Under the pieces are notes generated by a model that saw only the letters and a list, made by a program, of their open reading frames with translations, had not been told where the DNA came from and made no database searches. Source: a bacterium (lineage in GTDB: Bacteria > UBA8248). From it: 64,000 nt of DNA. Both the position numbers and the translations under genes were made by a program. Each line of letters opens with the position of its first letter. The first letter of the stretch is position 1. Positions 60,190 through 64,000 of the stretch are shown here, in pieces. The stretch lies in assembly GCA_965213625.1 (NCBI GenBank), contig CBDBZU010000004.1, positions 1,760,001-1,824,000 of the forward strand, read 5' to 3'.

Positions 60190-60398
60190 GGTTTCACTCC
60201 TTTTCGGTATTCAGGTTTCATGAGAATGGCCCATTCTCCGATGAAACGCGAATTATTGGAACCGCGGCGGTCTTTTTGCCCCAGCTTGCGCTTGATGCCA
60301 TTCTTTATCGTGAGTTGTGCAGGAAGGTGGTTTGGTGAAGAATAGAAACCGTGAGCGCCTTTGATTCTCACTATTGCGCCGTGTTCAAGGAGTGTGCG

Positions 60399-60623
60399 AT
60401 GTCCGATACGCTTATCGAGAGAAACCCGGATATCCTCGGAGGAACTCCGGTATTCGCAGGCACCAGGGTCCCTGTCCGCACTCTGATGGAGCATCTCGAA
60501 GCAGGCGACAGGCTCGACGATTTTCTGGAAGACTTCCCGACGGTGTCGCGAGAGCAGGCGCTCGGAGCGCTCGAACGCGCGAAGGGGATGCTCACCAGCG
60601 GCGCCGATGAAACTGCTGCTTGA
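60399..60623 (+). CDS. DUF433 antitoxin
   Basis: PDILGGTPVFAGTRVPV...FLEDFPTV. Confidence 0.9.
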   Translation: MSDTLIERNPDILGGTPVFAGTRVPVRTLMEHLEAGDRLDDFLEDFPTVSREQALGALERAKGMLTSGADETAA

Positions 60624-60933
60624 CGAGTCGGTTCCCAGGCGGCTCGGTTCGTTATTCTCTGGTTCATTCGAAGTGCGCACGGTCCAGCAGATGGACTGGG
60701 CGGGAAGCAAGAACGGTGATTTGTTGCGCATGGCGGCCGAGAGTGGATTCGACGCTTTCATCACGGTGGATCAGGGGATCGAATACCAGCAGAACCTCTC
60801 CGAACTGACGATTCCCGTCATCATCATGATCGCCCCCAGAAACCGGTTGCAGGAGCTACAGCCCCTCGTCTCTGAAGTAATCGCAACTCTTTCTGGAGAG
60901 TTACAACCGCGTATCTACCGCGTCCCGGTTTGA
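60607..60933 (+). CDS. DUF5615 PIN-like toxin
   Basis: MKLLLDESVP, KNGDLL and ITVDQGIEYQQNL. Confidence 0.85.
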   Translation: MKLLLDESVPRRLGSLFSGSFEVRTVQQMDWAGSKNGDLLRMAAESGFDAFITVDQGIEYQQNLSELTIPVIIMIAPRNRLQELQPLVSEVIATLSGELQPRIYRVPV

Positions 60934-61012
60934 ATCGAACCCCAGCTTGCGTCGTGAAGGGCCCCGGTGGGAAGATGCGCCCGTTTTGAATTGACGCTCT
61001 CCAATCAAAGGG

Positions 61013-62128
61013 ATGTTCATGAACGTATCGGTTAATGCGAGAAAACCCATCGGCCTCGCGGTGGTGGGATGCGGGAAAATCGGGCGGATACGCGCTGAGT
61101 TCGCGCGCCAGAACGCAGCGGTCGAGTGGATGGGGCTGTGCGATATCGACGAGAAGGTGGGCCGAAAGCTCGCCGAAGACGTATCCGCCGATTTCTTCAC
61201 CACCGATTACCGCGAACTCTTAAAGCGTGATGAGGTGAACGCCACCGTTCTCGCCACCTATGCCAACGAGCGGCTGGAACCTATTCTCATCGGCGCCGAG
61301 CGCGGCCACCGGATGCTGATCGAAAAACCCCTGGCGGTGGACGCCGACGTGTCCGAGAACCTGGTGCGCGCGGTCGACGAGGCGGGCATCGACGCCGTTC
61401 TGGGCTATACGCAGCGGTTCCGCCGACGCTTTCTGGTGGCGAAAGAGAAGATACGCTCGGGTGAGTTGGGCGATGTCTCCTCCGTGACGGGCCGCGCCTT
61501 CCTGAACCGCATGAACCCGGTGGCGAATTCCACCAAAACCGAATTCCCAACGAAATTCACCCCCATGGTCATCTCCGGCACCCACAGCGTGGACTTGTGT
61601 TCCTGGCTGCTGGAGGGTCTCCGTCCCGCCGAGGTCTACGCGCGCTCGGTGGACAAGGCGATGGCGCCCTATCTCACAAAAGATTCCACCTTCGCCATCG
61701 TCACCTATGAGGACGGGACGATATGGAGCATGAACGTGAGCTGGGCGCTGCCGCGCGTCTGGCCGGCGGAGGTCTATTCGCTCGAGTTGGGCATTGTGGG
61801 TACGGGGGGTGTACTCACGATAGATGACACGCACCGCGACATCGTCTTCGCCACCTCAGAGCCGCACGAATCCTCGCGCCTGAAACAGGAGCGCAACGTG
61901 AGTTTTCTCACCAGCTATCCGCCGGGGGACCTGGTGTTCGACCAACTCTGGGGGCCCATGCGCGAGGAGACGCGCTCGTGGTTCGACAGGATATATCTGG
62001 GCGTCCAAACGCCGCACACCACCGCGCGGGAAGCGCACGAGAACTTGATGCTGTGCCTGGCGATGGATCACTCGGCCAAAACCGGACGGGCGGTATCGCT
62101 CCCGGTCAAGCCTGAGGATTTTGAATAG
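61013..62128 (+). CDS. Gfo/Idh/MocA oxidoreductase
   Basis: VVGCGKIG, IEKPLA and GYTQRF motifs. Confidence 0.9.
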   Translation: MFMNVSVNARKPIGLAVVGCGKIGRIRAEFARQNAAVEWMGLCDIDEKVGRKLAEDVSADFFTTDYRELLKRDEVNATVLATYANERLEPILIGAERGHRMLIEKPLAVDADVSENLVRAVDEAGIDAVLGYTQRFRRRFLVAKEKIRSGELGDVSSVTGRAFLNRMNPVANSTKTEFPTKFTPMVISGTHSVDLCSWLLEGLRPAEVYARSVDKAMAPYLTKDSTFAIVTYEDGTIWSMNVSWALPRVWPAEVYSLELGIVGTGGVLTIDDTHRDIVFATSEPHESSRLKQERNVSFLTSYPPGDLVFDQLWGPMREETRSWFDRIYLGVQTPHTTAREAHENLMLCLAMDHSAKTGRAVSLPVKPEDFE

Positions 62129-62339
62129 GCGGACACCGCCCCCGCCGGTTCTCTCGAGAATGAGGTCGTCAAGGCGGCCCTCGCCGCAACGGATCTGTTC
62201 ATGGGGGATTGGCGGTAGGCTGGGTGTCTCAGATCGTCATTCCGGCGCAGGTGAAGATTTGCGATGGTTTTGTATGTAGCGCACCCTTCCTGGGCGCGCT
62301 ACATACATGCGTACATGGACGCCCCCCTGGAATGCAAGC

Positions 62340-62560
62340 GGTTTTTTGGGAGGGTTCGGCGCAAAGCGGTTCGACTCAGTCGTACATTCGGCCTCTTCGT
62401 TGCGGCGCTTCGTAACGGCCGCGGGCCCGTATGGAGATGCGCGGGTCGGGTCCGAATCGGCCCGGCGAGCTCGATGGTTCGCTCGTCGCATGTAACTGGT
62501 TGCCCCGACCCCGTCTCGATGACCGTTTGCCCTTACTCCTCCTGTGGCCTGCCCACATTC
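62340..62560 (-). ncRNA. Predicted bridge/seek RNA of the IS1111-type element (boundaries approximate)
   Basis: GGGTCGGG/CCCGACCC stem enclosing TACATGCG and CGGGCCG (target matches); downstream ATGTACGA and CTCCATACG (donor matches). Confidence 0.75.
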
Positions 62561-62588
62561 CTCCCGGCTCTATCCGCGCGCCCGCCGC

Positions 62589-63614
62589 TCAGGCGAGGGG
62601 CGCCGGTTCCCTGTAGTCGTCCTTGTTCCGCATCAGCGCCCACGCGATGCGCGCCATTTTGTTGGCCAGCGCCACCGCGACGAGCATCCTCGGCTTGCGC
62701 GCCAGCATCCGGGCCAGCCACGAACCCGGCGGCGCGCCGCGCCGGAGCGCCTGGCGAATCACCGACATCGCGCCCGTGACCAACAGCCGCCTCACGTCGC
62801 GCTGGCCCATCTTCGATACCCGGCCCAGGCGGGGCTTGCCCCCCGTCGAGTGTTGCCGGGGCACCAGTCCCAGCCAGGCCGAGAAGTCCCGGCCCCGCCG
62901 GAAGTTCTCCATCGGCGGCGCGAAGGCACGGATCGCAGACGCCGTAACCGGACCCACCCCCGGGATACGCATCAGACGCCGCGCCTCCTCGTCCGCGTGG
63001 ACGCTCGCGTGAAGCCGACTCTCCAACTCCCCGATCTTCCGGCTCAGACCCGCGATTTGCTCCAGAAACACCTCGCCCAACTCCCGAACCGCCACCGGCA
63101 GACCCGATTCCGCTCCCCGAACCGCCGCCGCCAGACGCGTGAGGCCCACCGGACCCTGCCGCGCGACCACCCCGAACTCCGCCAGGTGTCCCCGCAACGC
63201 GTTGATCGTCTGCGTCTTCTGGCGCTTCAGCAAATCCCGCGCCCGGAACAGCATCCCCTCGGTCTGCTGCTCCTCGCTCTTCACCGCCACGAGATGCATC
63301 GTCGGTCGTGAGGCCGCCTCGCAAATCGCCTCCGCGTCCGCCGCGTCGTTCTTGTGGCGCTTCACGTACGGCTTCACGTAGGCCGGCGGCGCGAGCCGAA
63401 CCTCGTGGCCGAGCTTCGCAATCTCACGGCCCCAGCGGTGCGCCCCCGCGCACGCCTCCATCGCCACCACGCAGCGCGGCTGTTTGGCCAGGAAGTTCAG
63501 CAGACCCGCCCGACCGAGCTTCTTGCGGAACGCTACCGAACCGTCCGCGCGCGCCCCGTGGAGTTGAAAACTGTTTTTCGCCAAGTCGATGCCGATGATG
63601 TAGACTCCTTCCAT
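62589..63614 (-). CDS. IS110-family DEDD recombinase/transposase
   Basis: GIDLAK, MEAC, KNDAADA (DEDD); IPGVG; QHSTGG catalytic Ser; RBS AAGGAGG. Confidence 0.95.
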   Translation of the reverse strand: MEGVYIIGIDLAKNSFQLHGARADGSVAFRKKLGRAGLLNFLAKQPRCVVAMEACAGAHRWGREIAKLGHEVRLAPPAYVKPYVKRHKNDAADAEAICEAASRPTMHLVAVKSEEQQTEGMLFRARDLLKRQKTQTINALRGHLAEFGVVARQGPVGLTRLAAAVRGAESGLPVAVRELGEVFLEQIAGLSRKIGELESRLHASVHADEEARRLMRIPGVGPVTASAIRAFAPPMENFRRGRDFSAWLGLVPRQHSTGGKPRLGRVSKMGQRDVRRLLVTGAMSVIRQALRRGAPPGSWLARMLARKPRMLVAVALANKMARIAWALMRNKDDYREPAPLA

Positions 63615-63690
63615 GGATGCCTCCTTCCGGGCGGTGTGTGACGTTGCCTCGCCACATTCTAAACTGCCGGAAGGGGGCGTCCACCCCATC

Positions 63691-63737
63691 GGCCCGACCG
63701 GTTCGTGGCTTGCGGGTCGCATTTATGCGACCCCTAC
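63691..63737. repeat. Right part of the REPIN interrupted by the IS110
   Basis: GGCCC..GTTCGTGGC..CGGGTCGCATTTATGCGACCCCTAC, homologous to the right part of 47612-47677. Confidence 0.8.
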
Positions 63738-63877
63738 ACAGGTACTTCGGAATTTCCTGGGTTCCGTCAAACCCTCTTGGCTTGGTTAATTCTAACGCTG
63801 GAATGACGGCAAACTTCGGTTCGGGGATACTCGTACGGGCGAACCTAATGTCCCTACATGGACGCCTACCAAACATA

Positions 63878-63903
63878 GGACAGGCACGGGTGCCTGTCCC
63901 TAC
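63878..63903 (-). repeat. GTAG REP (GTAGGGACAGGCACCCGTGCCTGTCC)
   Basis: Same family as 45444 and 49795. Confidence 0.7.
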
Positions 63904-64000
63904 GGCGAGATTTCCTGTTTGTCGCGAAGGCGGAAGTCCTCCCATCGTCAGAATATCGCTCCGCGCAAAGGTGTGACCAATGATGCACGCGCCCCCTGAA

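Larger units (their letters stand above)
62311..63690 (-). mobile_element. IS110-family (IS1111-type) element inserted in a REP
   Basis: Sub-terminal IRs TGGACGCCCCC (62316-62326) and GGGGGCGTCCA (63673-63683); CG core at both junctions; no longer target duplication. Confidence 0.9.

Noticed and set aside
62533-63324. Alternative-frame ORFs within the IS110
   Set aside because: GC-rich shadow frames of the transposase

Overview
64 kb bacterial chromosome segment of mixed GC content, rich in catabolic genes, REP-like repeats and MITEs. Main content: (1) a nested mobile stack at 0.8-2.6 kb (MITE > palindromic repeat > IS1182); (2) metabolic genes, including a thiolase with an HMG-CoA-synthase-like/DUF35 fusion, amtB-glnK, and a di-heme peroxidase-like gene coupled to a PhnDCE-type ABC transporter; (3) tRNA-Glu followed by a ~19 kb nonulosonic-acid surface-glycan locus; (4) hydrolase/oxidoreductase genes interspersed with GTAG-type REPs, three type II toxin-antitoxin modules and a tyrosinase pseudogene; (5) a complete IS110-family (IS1111-type) element. 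Its downstream non-coding region can be decoded by eye as a bridge/seek RNA whose guides match both its REP insertion site and its own end junction (CG core). Three genes are split by in-frame UGA codons that the ORF track treats as stops: two strong CxxU selenoprotein candidates (SelW/Rdx and AhpD-like) and a LarA-family gene that is either a new selenoprotein or a nonsense allele. All calls come from reading the sequence; no database searches were run.
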